Source: the human T2T-CHM13v2.0 reference genome, Homo sapiens
DNA: 64,000 nt
Strand: one strand, 5' to 3'
Assembly: GCF_009914755.1 (NCBI RefSeq)
Contig: NC_060925.1
Position 1 is the first letter of the stretch. Each line of letters starts with the position of its first letter. The position numbers were made by a program, and so were the translations under genes. Of this stretch, positions 40,501 to 55,500 are shown one piece after another. The notes below the pieces were generated by a model that was not told the origin of the DNA, did not search any database, and saw only the letters and a program-made list of their open reading frames with translations.

Positions 40501-43500
40501 ATGGAAATGAAAGGGGTCATCATCTAATGGAATCGCATGGAATCATCATCAAATGGAATCGAATGGAATCATCATCAAATGGAATCTAATGGAATCATTG
40601 AACAGAATTGAATGGAATCGTTATCGAATGAATTGAATGCAATCATCGAATGGTCTCGAATGGAATCATCTTCTATTGGAAAGGAATGGAATCATCGCAT
40701 AGAATCGAATGGAATTAACATTGAATGGACTCGAATGGAATCAACATCAAACGGAATCAAGCGGAATTATCAAATGGAATCGAAGATAATCATCGAATGG
40801 ACTCGAATGGAATCACCTAATGGAATGGAATGGAATAATCCATGGACTCGAATGCAATCATCATCGAATGGAATCGAATGGAATCATCGAATGGACTCGA
40901 ATGGAATAATCATTGAACGGAATCGAATGGAATCATCATCGGATGGAAACGAATGGAATCATCATCGAATGGAAATGAAAGGAGTCATCATCTAATGGAA
41001 TTGCATGGAATCATCATAAAATGGAATCGAATGGAATCGACATCAAATGGAATCAACTGGAATCATTGAACGAAATTGAGTGGAATCATCGTCGAATGAA
41101 TTGAATGCAATCATCGAATGGTCTCGAATGGAATCATCTTCAAATGGAATGGAATGGAATCATCGCATAGAATCGAATGGAATTATCATCGAATGGCATC
41201 GAAAGGTATCAACAACAAACGGAAAAAAACGGAATTATCGAATGGAATCGAAGAGAATCATCGAACGGTCCCGAATGGAATCATCTAATGGAATGGAATG
41301 GAATTATCCATGGACTCGAATGCAATCATCATCGAATGGAATCGAATGGAATCATCGAATGGACTCGAATGGAATAATCATTGAACGGAATCTAATGGAA
41401 TCATCATCGGATGGAAATGAATGGAATCATCATCGAATGGAATCGAATAGAATTATGGAATGAAATCCAGTGTGATCATCATCGAATTGACCCGAAAGGA
41501 ATCATCATCCAACGGAAGCTAATGGAATCAACATCGAATGAATCGAATGGAAACACCATCGAATTGAAACGAATGGAATTATCATGAAATTGAAATGGAT
41601 GGACTCATCATCGAATGGATTCGAATGGAATCATCGAATAAAATTGATTGAAATCATGATCAAATGGAATCGAAAGGTATCATTGAATGGAATCGAATGG
41701 AATCATCATCAGATGGAAATGAATGGAATCGTCATAGAATGGAATCGAATGGATTCATTGAATGGAATCAGATGGAATCATCGAATGGACTGGAATGGAA
41801 TCAGTGAATGGACTCGAAAGGGATCATCATTGAATGGAATTGAATGGAATCATCGAATGGTCTCGATTGGAATCATTATCAAATGGAATCGAATGAAATC
41901 ACCGAATAGAATCGAATGGAACAATCATCGAAAGGACTCAAATGGAATTATGTTCAAATGGAATCGAATGGAATTATCGAATGCAATCGAATGGAATTAT
42001 CGAATGCAATCGAATAGAATCATCGAATGGACTCGAATGGAATCATCGAATGGAATGGAAAGGAACAGTCAATGAACTCGAATGGAATCATCATTGAATG
42101 GAATCGAATGGAATCATCGAGTGGAATCGAATGGAATTATGATCAAATGGAATCGAATGTAATCATCATCAAATGCAATCAAAAATAACCATCATCAATT
42201 GGTATTGAATGGATTGGTCATCAAATGGAATTCAAAGGAATCATCATCAAATGGAACCGAATGGAATCCTCATTGAATGGAAATGAAAGGGGTCATCTAA
42301 TGGAATCGCATGGAATCATCATCAAATGGAATCGAATGGAATCATCATCAAATGGAATCTAATGGAATCATTGAACAGAATTGAATGGAATCGTCATCGA
42401 ATGAATTGAATGCAATCATCGAATTGTCTCGAATGGAATCATCTTCTAATGGAAAGGAATGGAATCATCGCATAGAATCGAATGGAATTAACATTGAATG
42501 GACTCGAATGGAATCCACATCAAACGGAATCAAGCGGAATTATCGAATGGAATCGAAGAGAATCATCGAATGGACCCGAATGTAATCATCTAATGGAATG
42601 GAATGGAATAATCCATGGACTCGAATGCAATCATCATCGAATGGAGTCGAATGGAATCATCGAATGGACACGAATGGAATTATCATTGAACGGAATCGAA
42701 TGGAATCATCATCGGATGGAAACGAATGGAATCATCATCGAATGGAAATGAAAGGAGTCATGTAATGGAATTGCATGGAATCATCATAAAATGGAATCGA
42801 ATGGAATCAACATCAAATGGAATCCAATGGAATCATTGAACGGAATTGAATGGAATCGTCATCGAATGAATTGAATGCAATCATCGAATGGTCTCGAATG
42901 GAATCATCTTCAAATGAAATGGAATGGAATCATTGCATAGAATCGAATGGAATTATCATCGAATGGAATCGAATGTTATCAACATCAAATGGAAAAAAAC
43001 GGAATTATCGCATGGAATCGAAGAGAATCATCGAATGGACCCGAATGGAATCATCTAATGGAATGGAATGGAATAATCCATGGACTCGAATGCAATCATC
43101 ATCGAATGGAATCGAATGGAATCATCGAATGGAGTCGAATGGAATAATCATTGAACGGAATCGAATGCAATCATCATCGGATGGAAATGAATGGAATCAT
43201 CATCGAATGGAATCGAATAGAATTATGGAATAAAATCCAGTGTGATCATCATCGAATGGACCCGAATGGAATCATCATCCAACGGAAGATAATGGAATCA
43301 ACATCGAATGAATCTAACAGAAACACCATCGAATTGAAATGAATGGAATTATCATGAAATTGTAATGGATGGACTCATCATCGAATGCATTCGAATGGAA
43401 TCATCGAATAAAATTGATTGAAATCATCATCAAATGTAATCAAATGGTATCATTGAATGGAATCGAATGAAATCGTCATCAGATGGAAATGAATGGAATC

Positions 43501-46500
43501 GTCATAGAATGGAATCGAATGGATTCATTGAATGGAATCAGATGGAATCATCGAATGGACTGGAATGGAATCATTGAATGGACTCGAAAGGGATCATGAT
43601 TGAATGGAATTGAATGGAAACATCGAATGGTCTCGATTGGAATCATTATCAAATGGAATCGAATGGAATCACCGAATAGAATCGAATGGAACAATCATCG
43701 AATGGACTCAAATGGAATTATCCTCAAATGGAATCGAATGGAATTATCGAATGCAATCGAATGGAATTATCGAATGCAATCGAATAGAATCATCGAATGG
43801 ACTCGAATGGAATCATCGAATGGAATGGAATGGAACAGTCAATGAACTCGAATGGAATCATCATTGAATGGAATCGAATGGAATCATCGAGTGGAATCGA
43901 ATGGAATTATGATCAAATGGAATCGAATGTAATCATCATCAAATGGAATCAAAAATAACCATCATCAATTGGTATTGAATGGAATTGTCATCAAATGGAA
44001 TTCAAAGGAATCATCATCAAATGGAACCGAATGGAATCCTCATTGAATGGAAATGAAAGGGGTCATCATCTAATGGAATCACATGGAATCATCATCAAAT
44101 GGAATCGAATGGAATCATCATCAAATGGAATCTAATGGAATCATTGAACAGAATTGAATGGAATCGTCATCGAATGAATTGAATACAATCATCGAATGGT
44201 CTCGAATGCAATCATCTTCTAATGGAAAGGAATGGAATCATCGCATAGAATCGAATGGAATTAACATTGAATGGACTCGAATGGAATCAACATCAAACGG
44301 AATCAAGCGGAATTATCGAATGTAATCGAAGAGAACCATCGAATGGACTCGAATGGAATCATCTAATGGAATGGAATGGAATAATCCACGGACTCGAATG
44401 CAATCATCATCGTATAGAATCGAATGGAATCATTGAATGGACTCGAATGGTATAATCATTGAACGGAATCGAATGGAATCATCATCGGATGGAAACGAAT
44501 GGAATTATCATCGAATGGAAATGAAAGGAGTCATCATCTAATGGAATCGCATGGAATCATCATAAAATGGAATCGAATGGAATCAACATCAAATGGAATC
44601 AAATGGAATCATTGAACGGAATTGAATGGAATCGTCATCGAATGAATTGAATGCAATCATCGAATGGTCTCGAATGGAATCATCTTCAAATGGAATGGAA
44701 TGGAATCATCGCATAGAATCGAATGGAATTATCATCGAATGGAATCGAAAGGTATCAACATCAAACGGAAAAAAACGGAATTATCGAATGGAATCGAAGA
44801 GAATCATCGAACGGACCCGAATGGAATCATCTAATGGAAAGGAATGGAATAATCCATGGACTCGAATCCAATCATCATCGAATGGAATCGAATGGAATCA
44901 TTGAAAGGACTCTAATGGAATAATCATTGAACGGAATCGAATGGAATCATCATCGAATGGAAACTAATGGAATCATCATCGAATGGAAATGAAAGGAGTC
45001 ATCATCTAATGGAATTGCATGGAATCATCATAAAATGGAATCGAATGGAATCAACATCAAATGGAATGAAATGGAATCATTGAACGGAATTGAATGGAAT
45101 CTTCATCGAATGAATTGAATGCAATCATCGAATGGTCTCGAATGGAATCATCTTCAAATGGAATGGAATGGAATCATCGCATAGAATCGAATGGAATTAT
45201 CATCGAATGGAATCGAATGGAATCAACATCAAACGGAAAAAAACGGAATTATCGAATGGAATCGAAGAGAATCATCGAATGGACCCGAATGGAATCATCT
45301 AATGGAATGGAATGGAATAATCCATGGACTCGAATGTAATCATCATCAAATGGAATCGAATGGAATCATCGAATGGACGCGAATGGAATAATCATTGAAC
45401 GGAATCGAATGGAATCATCATCGGATGGAAATGAATGGAATCATCATCGAATGGAATCGAATAGAATTATGGAATGAAATCCAGTGTGATCATCATCGAA
45501 TGGACCCGAATGGAATCATCATCCAACGGAAGCTAATGGAATCAACATCGAATGAATCGAATGGAAACACCATCGAATTGAAACGAATGGAATTATCATG
45601 AAATTGAAATGGATGGACTCATCATCGAATGGATTCGAATGGAATCATCGAATAAAATTGATTGAAATCATCATCAAATGGAATCGAATGGTATCATTGA
45701 ATGGAAACGAATGGAATCATCATCAGATGGAAATGAATGGAATCCTCATAGAATGGAATCGAATGGATTCATTGAATGGAATCAGATGGAATCATCGAAT
45801 GGACTGGAATGGAATCATTGAATGGACTCGAAAGGGATCATTATTGAATTGAATTGAATGGAATCATCGAATGGTCTCGATTGGAATCATTATCAAATGG
45901 AATCGAATGGAATCACCGAATAGAATCGAATGGAACAATCATCGAATAGACTCAAATGGAATTATCCTCCAATGGAATCGAATGGAATTATGGAATGCAA
46001 TCGAATGGAATTATCAAATGCAATCGAATAGAATCATCGAATGGACTTGAATGGAATCATCGAATGGAGTGGAATGGAACAGTCAATGAACTCGAATGGA
46101 ATCATCATTGAATGGACTCGAATGGAATCATCGAGTTCAATCCAATGAAATTATGATCAAATGGAATCGAATGTTATCATCATCAAATGGAATCAAAAGT
46201 AACCATCATCAATTGGTATTGAATGGAATTGTCATCAAATGGAATTCAAAGGAATCATCATCAAATGGAACAGAATGGAATCCTCATTCAATGGAAATGA
46301 AAGGGGTCTAATGGAATCGCATGGAATCATCATCAAATGGAATCGAATGGAATCATCATCAAATGGAATCTAATGGAATCATGGAACAGAATTGAATGGA
46401 ATCGTCATGGAATGAATTCAATGCAATCATCGAATGGTCTCGAATGGAATCATCTTCTAATGGAAAGGAATGGAATCATCGCATAGAATCGAATGGAATT

Positions 46501-49500
46501 AACATTGAATGGACTCGAATGGAATCAACATCAAACGGAATCAAGCGGAATTATCGAATGGAATCGAAGAGAACCATCGAATGGACTCGAATGGAATCAT
46601 CTAATGGAATGGAATGGAATAATCCACGGACTCGAATGCAATCATCATCGTATAGAATCGAATGGAATCATCGAATGGACTCGAATGGAGTAATCATTGA
46701 ACGGAATCGAATGGAATCATCATCGGATGGAAACGAATGGAATCATCATCGAATGGAAATGAAAGGAGTCATCATCTAATGGAATTGCATGGAATCATCA
46801 TAAAATGGAATCGAATGGAATCAACATCAAATGGAATCAAATGGAATCATTGAACGGAATTGAATGAAATCATCATCGAATGAATTGAATGCAATCATCG
46901 AATGGTCTCGAATGGAATCATCTTCAAATGGAATGGAATGGAATCATCGCATAGAATCGAATGGAATTATCATCGAATGGAATCGAATGGTATCAACATC
47001 AAACGGAAAAAAACGGAATTATCGAATGGAATCGAAGAGAATCATCGAACGGACCCGAATGGAATCATCTAATGGAATGGAATGGAATAATCCATGGACT
47101 CGAATGCAATCATCATCGAATGGAATCGAATGGAATCATCGAATGGACTCAAATGGAATAATCATTGAAGGGAATCGAATGGAATCATCATCGGATGGAA
47201 ATGAATGGAATCATCATTGAATGGAATCGAGTAGAATTATGGAATGAAATCCAGTGTGATCATCATCGAATGGACCCGAATGGAATCATCATCCAACGGA
47301 AGCTAATGGAATCAACATCGAATGAATCGAATGGAAACACCATCGAATTGAAACGAATGGAATTATCATGAAATTGAAATGGATGCACTCATCATCGAAT
47401 GGATTCGAATGGAATCATCGAATAAAATAGATTGAAATCATCATCAAATGGAATCGAATGGTATCATTGAATGGAATCGAATGGAATCATCATCAGATGG
47501 AAATGAATGGAATCGACATAGAATGGAATCGAATGTATTCATTGAATGGAATCAGATGGAATCATCGAATGGACTGGAATGGAATCATTGAATGGACTCG
47601 AAAGGGATCATTATTGAATGGAATTGAATGGAATCATCGAATGGTCTCGATTGGAATCATTATCAAATGGAATCGAATGGAATCACCGAATAGAATCGAA
47701 TGGAACAGTCATCGAATGGACTCAAATGGAATTATCCTCCAATGGAATCGAATGGAATTATCGAATGCAATCGAATGGAATTATCGAATGCAATCGAATA
47801 GAATCATCGAATGGACTCGAATGGAATCATCGAATGGAGTGGAATGGAACAGTCAATGAACTCGAATGGAATCATCATTGAATGGACTCGAATGGAATCA
47901 TCGAGTGGAATCGAATGAAATTATGATCAAATGGAATCGAATGTTATCATCATCAAATGGAATCAAAAGTAACCATCATCAATTGCTATTGAATGGAATT
48001 GTCATCAAATGGAATTCAAAGGAATCATCATCAAATGGAACCGAATGGAATCCTCATTGAATAGAAATGAAAGGGGTCATCATCTAATGGAATCGCATGG
48101 AATCATCATCAAATGGAATCGAATGGAATCATCATCAAATGGAATCTAATGGAATCATGGAACAGAATTGAATGGAATCGTCATGGAATGAATTGAATGC
48201 AATCATCGAATGGTCTCGAATGGAATCATCTTCTAATGGAAAGGAATGGAATCATCGCATAGAATCGAATGGAATTAACATTGAATGGACTCGAATGCAA
48301 TCAACATCAAACGGAATCAAGCGGAATTATCGAATGGAATCGAAGAGAACCATCGAATGGACTCGAATGGAATCATCTCATGGAATGGAATGGAATAATC
48401 CACGGACTCGAATGCAATCATCATCGTATAGAATCGAATGGAATCATCGAATGGACTCGAATGGAATAATCATTGAACGGAAACGAATGGAATCATCATC
48501 GGATGGAAACGAATGGAATCATCATCGAATGGAAATGAAAGGGGTCATCATCTAATGGAATTGCATGGAATCATCATCAAATGGAATCGAATGGAATCAA
48601 CATCAAATGGAATCAAATGGAATCATTGAACGGAATTGAATGGAATCGTCATCGAATGAATTGAATGCAATCATCGAATGGTCTCGAATGGAATTATCTT
48701 CAAATGGAATGGAATGGAATCATCGCATAGAATCGAATGGAATTATCATCGAATGGAATCGAATGGAATCAACATCAAACGGAAAAAAACGGAATTATCG
48801 AATGGAATCGAAGAGAATCATCGAATGGACCCGAATGGAATCATCTAATGGAATGGAATGGAATAATCTATGGACTCGAATGCAATCATCATCGAATGGA
48901 ATCGAATGGAATCATCGAATGGACTCGAATGGAATAATCATTGAACGGAATCGAATGGAATCATCATCGGATGGAAATGAATGGAATCATCATCGAATGG
49001 AATCGAATAGAATTATGGAATGAAATCCAGTGTGATCATCATCGAATGGACCCGAATGGAATCATCATCCAACGGAAGCTAATGGAATCAACATCGAATG
49101 AATCGAATGGAAACACCATCGAATTGAAACGAATGGAATTATCATGAAATTGAAATGGATGGACTCATCATCGAATGGATTCGAATGTAATCATCGAATG
49201 AAATTGATTGAAATCATCATCAAATTGAATCGAATGGTATCATTGAATGGAATCGAATGGAATCATCATCAGATGGAAAAGAATGGAATCGTCATAGAAT
49301 GGAATCGAATGGATTCATTGAATGGAATCAGATGGAATCATCGAATGGACTGGAATGGAATCATTGAATGGACTCGAGAGGGATCATTATTGAATGGAAT
49401 TGAATGGAATCATGGAATGGTCTCGATTGGAATCATTATCAAATGGAATCGAATGGAATCACGGAATAGAATCGAATGGAACAATCATCGAATGGACTCC

Positions 49501-52500
49501 AATGGAATTATCCTCAAATGGAATCGAATGGAATTATCGAATGCAATCGAATGGAATTATCGAATGCAATCGAATAGAATCATCGAATGGACTCGAATGG
49601 AATCATCGAATGGAATGGAATGGAACAGTCAATGAACTCGAATGGAATCATCATTGAATGGAATCGAATGGAATCATCGAGTGGAATCGAATGGAATTAT
49701 GATCAAATGGAATCGAATGTAATCATCATCAAATGGAATAAAAAATAACCATCATCAATTGGTATTGAATGGAATTGTCATCAAATGGAATTCAAAGGAA
49801 TCATCATCAAATGGAACCGAATGGAATCCTCATTGAATGGAAATGAAAGGGGTCATCATCTAATGGAATCACATGGAATCATCATCAAATGGAATCGAAT
49901 GGAATCATCATCAAATGGAATCAAATGGAATCATTGAACGGAATTGAATGGAATCTTCATCGAATGAATTGAATGCAATCATCGAATGGTCTCGAATTGA
50001 ATCATCTTCAAATGGAATGGAATGGAATCATCGCATAGAATCGAATGGAATTATCATCGAATGGAATCGAATGGTATCGACATCAAACGGAATCAAGCGG
50101 AATTATCGAATGTAATCGAAGAGAATCATCGAACGGACCCGAATGGAATCATCCAATGGAATGTAATGGAATAATCCATGCACTCGAATGCAATCATCAT
50201 CGAATGGAATCGAATGGAATCATTGAATGGACTCGAATGGAGTAATCATTGAACGGAATCGAATGGAATCATCATCGGATGGAAACGAATGGAATCATCA
50301 TCGAATGGAAATGAAAGGAGTCATCATCTAATGGAATTGCATGGAATCATCATAAAATGGAATCGAATGGAATCAACATCAAATGGAATCAAATGGAATC
50401 ATTGAACGGAATTGAATGAAATCATCATCGAATGAATTGAATGCAATCATCGAATGGTCTCGAATGGAATCATCTTCAAATGGAACGGAATGGAATCATC
50501 GCATAGAATCGAATGGAATTATCATCGAATGGAATCGAATGGTATCAACATCAAACGGAAAAAAACGGAATTATCGAATGGAATCGAAGAGAATCATCGA
50601 ATGGACTCGAATGGAATCATCTAATGGAATGGAATGGAATAATCCACGGACTCGAATGCAACCACCATCGTATAGAATCGAATGGAAACATCGAATGGAA
50701 TCATCAAATGGACTCGAATGGAATAATCATTGAACGGAATCGAATGGAATCATCATCGGATGGAAACGAATGGAATCATCATCGAATGGAAATGAAAGGA
50801 GTCATCTAATGGAATTACATGGAATCATCATCAAATGGAATCGAATGGAATCAACATCAAATGGAATCAAATGGAATCATTGAACGGAATTGAATGGAAT
50901 CGTCATCGAATGAATTGAATGCAATCATCGAATGGTCTCGAATGGAATCATCTTCAAATGGAATGGAATGGAATCATCGCATAGAATCGAATGGAATTAT
51001 CATCGAATGGAATCGAATGGAATCAACATCAAACGGAAAAAAACGGAATTATCGAATGGAATCGAAGAGAATCATCGAAAGGACCCGAATGGAATCATCT
51101 AATGGAATGGAATGGAATAATCCATGGACTCGAATGCAATCATCATCGAATGGAATCGAATGGAATCATCGAATGGACTCGAATGGAATAATCATGGAAC
51201 GGAATCGAATGGAATCATCATCGGATGGAAATGTATGGAATGATCATCGAATGGAATCGAATAGAATTATGGAATGAAATCCAGTGTGATCATCATCGAA
51301 TGGACCCGAATGGAATCATCATCCAATGGAAACTAATGGAATCAGCATGGAATGAATCGAATGGAAACACCATCGAATTGAAACGAATGGAATTATCATG
51401 AAAGTGAAATGGATGGACTCATCATCGAATGGATTCGAATGGAATCATCGAATAAATTTGATTCAAATCATCATCAAATGGAATCGAATGGTATCATTGA
51501 ATGGAATCGAATGGAATCATCATCAGATGGAAATGAATGGAATCGTCATAGAATGGAATCGAATGGATTCATTGAATGGAATCAGATGGAATCATCGAAT
51601 GGACTGGAAAGGAATCACTGAATGGACTCGAAAGGGATCATCATTGAATGAAATTCAATGGAATCATCGAATGGTCTCGATTGGAATCATTATCAAATGG
51701 AATCGAATCGAATCACCGAATAGAATCGAATGGAACAATCATCGAATGGACTCAAATGGAATTATCCTCAAATGGAGTCGAATGGAATTATCGAATGCAA
51801 TCGAATGGAATTATCGAATGCAATTGAATAGAATCATCGAATGGATTCGAATGGAATCATCGAATGGAATGGAATGGAACAGTCAATGAACTCCAATGGA
51901 ATCATCATTGAATGGAATCGAATGGAATCATCGAGTGGAATCGAATGGAATTATGATCAAATGGAATTGAATGTAATCATCATCAAATGGAATCAAAAAT
52001 AACCATCATCTATGGGTATTGAATGGAATTGTCATCAAATGGAATTCAAAGGAATCATCATCAAATGGAACCGAATGGAATCCTCATTGAATGGAAATGA
52101 AAGGGGTCATCATCTAATGGAATTGCATGGAATCATCATCAAATGGAATCGAATGGAATCATCATCAAATGGAATCTAATGGAATCACTGAACAGAATTG
52201 AATGGAATCGTCATCGAATGAATTGAATGCAATCATCGAATTGTCTCGAATGGAATCATCTTCTAATGGAAAGGAAAGGAATCATCGCATAGAATCTAAT
52301 GGAATTAACATTGAATTGACTCGAATGGAATCAACATCCAACGGAATCAAGCGGAATTATCGAATGGAATCTAAGAGAATCATCGAATGGACTCGAATGG
52401 AATCATCTAATGGAATGGAATGGAATAATCCATGGACTCGAATGCAATCATCATCGAATGGAATCGAATGGAATCATCGAATGGACTCGAATGGAATAAT

Positions 52501-55500
52501 CATTGAACGGAATCGAATGGAATCCTCATCGGATGGAAACGAATGGAATCATCATCGAATGGAAATGAAAGGTGTCATCATCTAATGGAATTGCATGGAA
52601 TCATCATAAAATGGAATCGAATGGAATCGACATCAAATGGAATCAAATGGAATCATTGAAAGAAATTGAATGGAATCGTCGTCGAATGAATTGAACGCAA
52701 TCATCGAATGGTCTCGAATGGAATCATCTTCAAATGGAATGGAATGGAATCATCGCATAGAATCGAATGGAATTATCATCGAATGGAATCGAAAGGTATC
52801 AACAACAAACGGAAAAAAACGGAATTATCGAATGGAATCGAATGGAATCATCTAATGGAATGGAATGGAATTATCCATGGACTCGAATGCAATCATCATC
52901 GAATGGAATCGAATCGAATCATCGAATGGACTCGAATGGAATAATCATTGAACGGAATCGCATGGAGTCATCATCGGATGTAACTGAATGGAATCATCAT
53001 CGAATGGAAATGAAAGGAGTCATCTAATGGAATTGCACGGTATCAACATAAAATGGAATCGAATGGAATCAACATCAAATGGAATGAAATGGAATCATTG
53101 AACGGAATTGAATGGAATCTTCATCGAATGAATTGAATGCAATCATCGAATGGTCTCGAATGGAATCATATTCAAATGGAATGGAATGGAATCATCGCAT
53201 AGAATCGAATGGAATTATCATCGAATGGAATCGAATGGAATCAACATCAAACGGAAAAAAACGGAATTATCGAATGCAATCGAAGAGAATCATAGAATGG
53301 TCCCGAATGGAATCGTCTAATGGAATGGAATGGAATAATCCATGGACTCGAATGCAATCATCATCGAATGGAATCGAATGGAATCATCGAATGGACTCGA
53401 ATGGAATAATCATTGAACGGAATCGAATGGAATCATCATCGGATGGAAATGAATGGAATCATTATCGAATGGAATCGAATAGAATTATGGAATGAAATCC
53501 AGTGTCATCATCTTCGAATGGACCCGAATGGAATCATCATCCAACGGAAGCTAATGGAATCAACATCGAATGAATCGAATGGAAACACCATCGAATTGAA
53601 ACGAGTGGAATTATCATGAAATTGAAATGGATGGACTCATCATCGAATGGATTCGAATGGAATCATCGAATAAAATTGATTGAAATCATCATCAAATGGA
53701 ATCGAATGGTAGCATTGAATGGAATCGAATGGAATCATCATCAGATGGAAATGAATGGAATCGTCATAGAATGTAATCGAATGGATTCATTGAATGGAAT
53801 CAGATGGAATCTTCGAATGGACTGGAATGGAATCATTGAATGGACTCGAAAGGGATCATGATTGAATGGAATTGAATGGAATCATCGAATGGTCTCGATT
53901 GGAATCATTATCAAATGGAATCGAATGGAATCACCGAATAGAATCGAATGGAACCATCATCGAATGGAGTCAAATGAAATTATCCTCAAGTGGAATGGAA
54001 TGGAATTATCGAATGCAATCGAATGGAATTATCGAATGCAATCGAATAGAATCATCGAATGGACTCGAATGGAATCATCGAATGGAATGGAATGGAACAG
54101 TCAATGAACTCGAATGGAATCATCATTGAATGGAATCGAATGGAATCATCGAGTGGAATCGAATGAAATTATGATCAAATGGAATCGAATGTAATCATCA
54201 TCAAATGGAATCAAAAATAACCATCATCAATTGATATTCAATGGAATTGTCATCAAATGGAATTCAAAGGTATCATCATCAAATGGAACCGAATGGAATC
54301 CTCATTGAATGGAAATGAAAGGGGTCATCATCTAATGGAATCGCATGGAATCATCATCAAATGGAATCGAATGGAATCATCATCAAATGGAATCTAATGG
54401 AATCATTGAACAGAATTGAATGGAATCGTCATCGAATGAATTGAATGCAATCATCGAATGGTCTCGAATGGAATCATCTTCTAATGGAAAGGAATGGAAT
54501 CATCGCATAGAATCGAATGGAATTAACATTGAATGGACTCGAATGGAATCAACATCAAACGGAATCAAGCGGAATTATCGAATGGAATCGAAGAGAATCA
54601 TCGAATGGACTCGAATGGAATCATCTAATGGAATGGAATGGAATAATCCACGGACTCGAATGCAATCATCATCGTATAGAATCGAATGGAATCATCGAAT
54701 GGACTCGAATGGAATAATCATTGAACGGAATCGAATGGAATCATCATCGGATGGAAACGAATGGAATCATCATCGAATGGAAATGAAAGGAGTCATCATC
54801 TAATGGAATTGCATGGAATCATCATAAAATGGAATCGAATGGAATCAACATCAAATGGAATCAAATGGAATCATTGAATGGAATTGAATGGAATCGTCAT
54901 CGAATGAATTGAATGCAATCATCGAATGGTCTCGAATGGAATCATCTTCAAATGGAATGGAATGGAATCATCGCATAGAATCGAATGGAATTATCATCGA
55001 ATGGAATCGAATGGAATCAACATCAAACGGAAAAAAACGGAATTATCGAATGGAATCGAAGAGAATCATCGAACGGACCCATATGGAATCATCTAATGGA
55101 ATGGAATGGAATAATCCATGGACTCGAATGCAATCATCATCGAATGGAATCGAATGGAATCATCGAATGGACTCGAATGGAATAATCATTGAACGGAATC
55201 GAATGGAGTCATCATCGGATGGAAACGAATGGAATCATCATCGAATGGAAATGAATGGATTCATCATCTAATGGAATTGCATGGAATCATCATAAAATGG
55301 AATCGAATGGAATCAACATCAAATGGAATCAAATGGAATCATTGAACGGAATTGAATGGAATCGTCAACGAATGAATTGAATGCAATCATCGAATGGTCT
55401 CGAATGGAATCATCTTCAAATGGAATGGAATGGAATCATCGCATAGAATCGAACGGAATTATCATCGAATGGAATCGAATGGAATCAACATCAAACGGAA

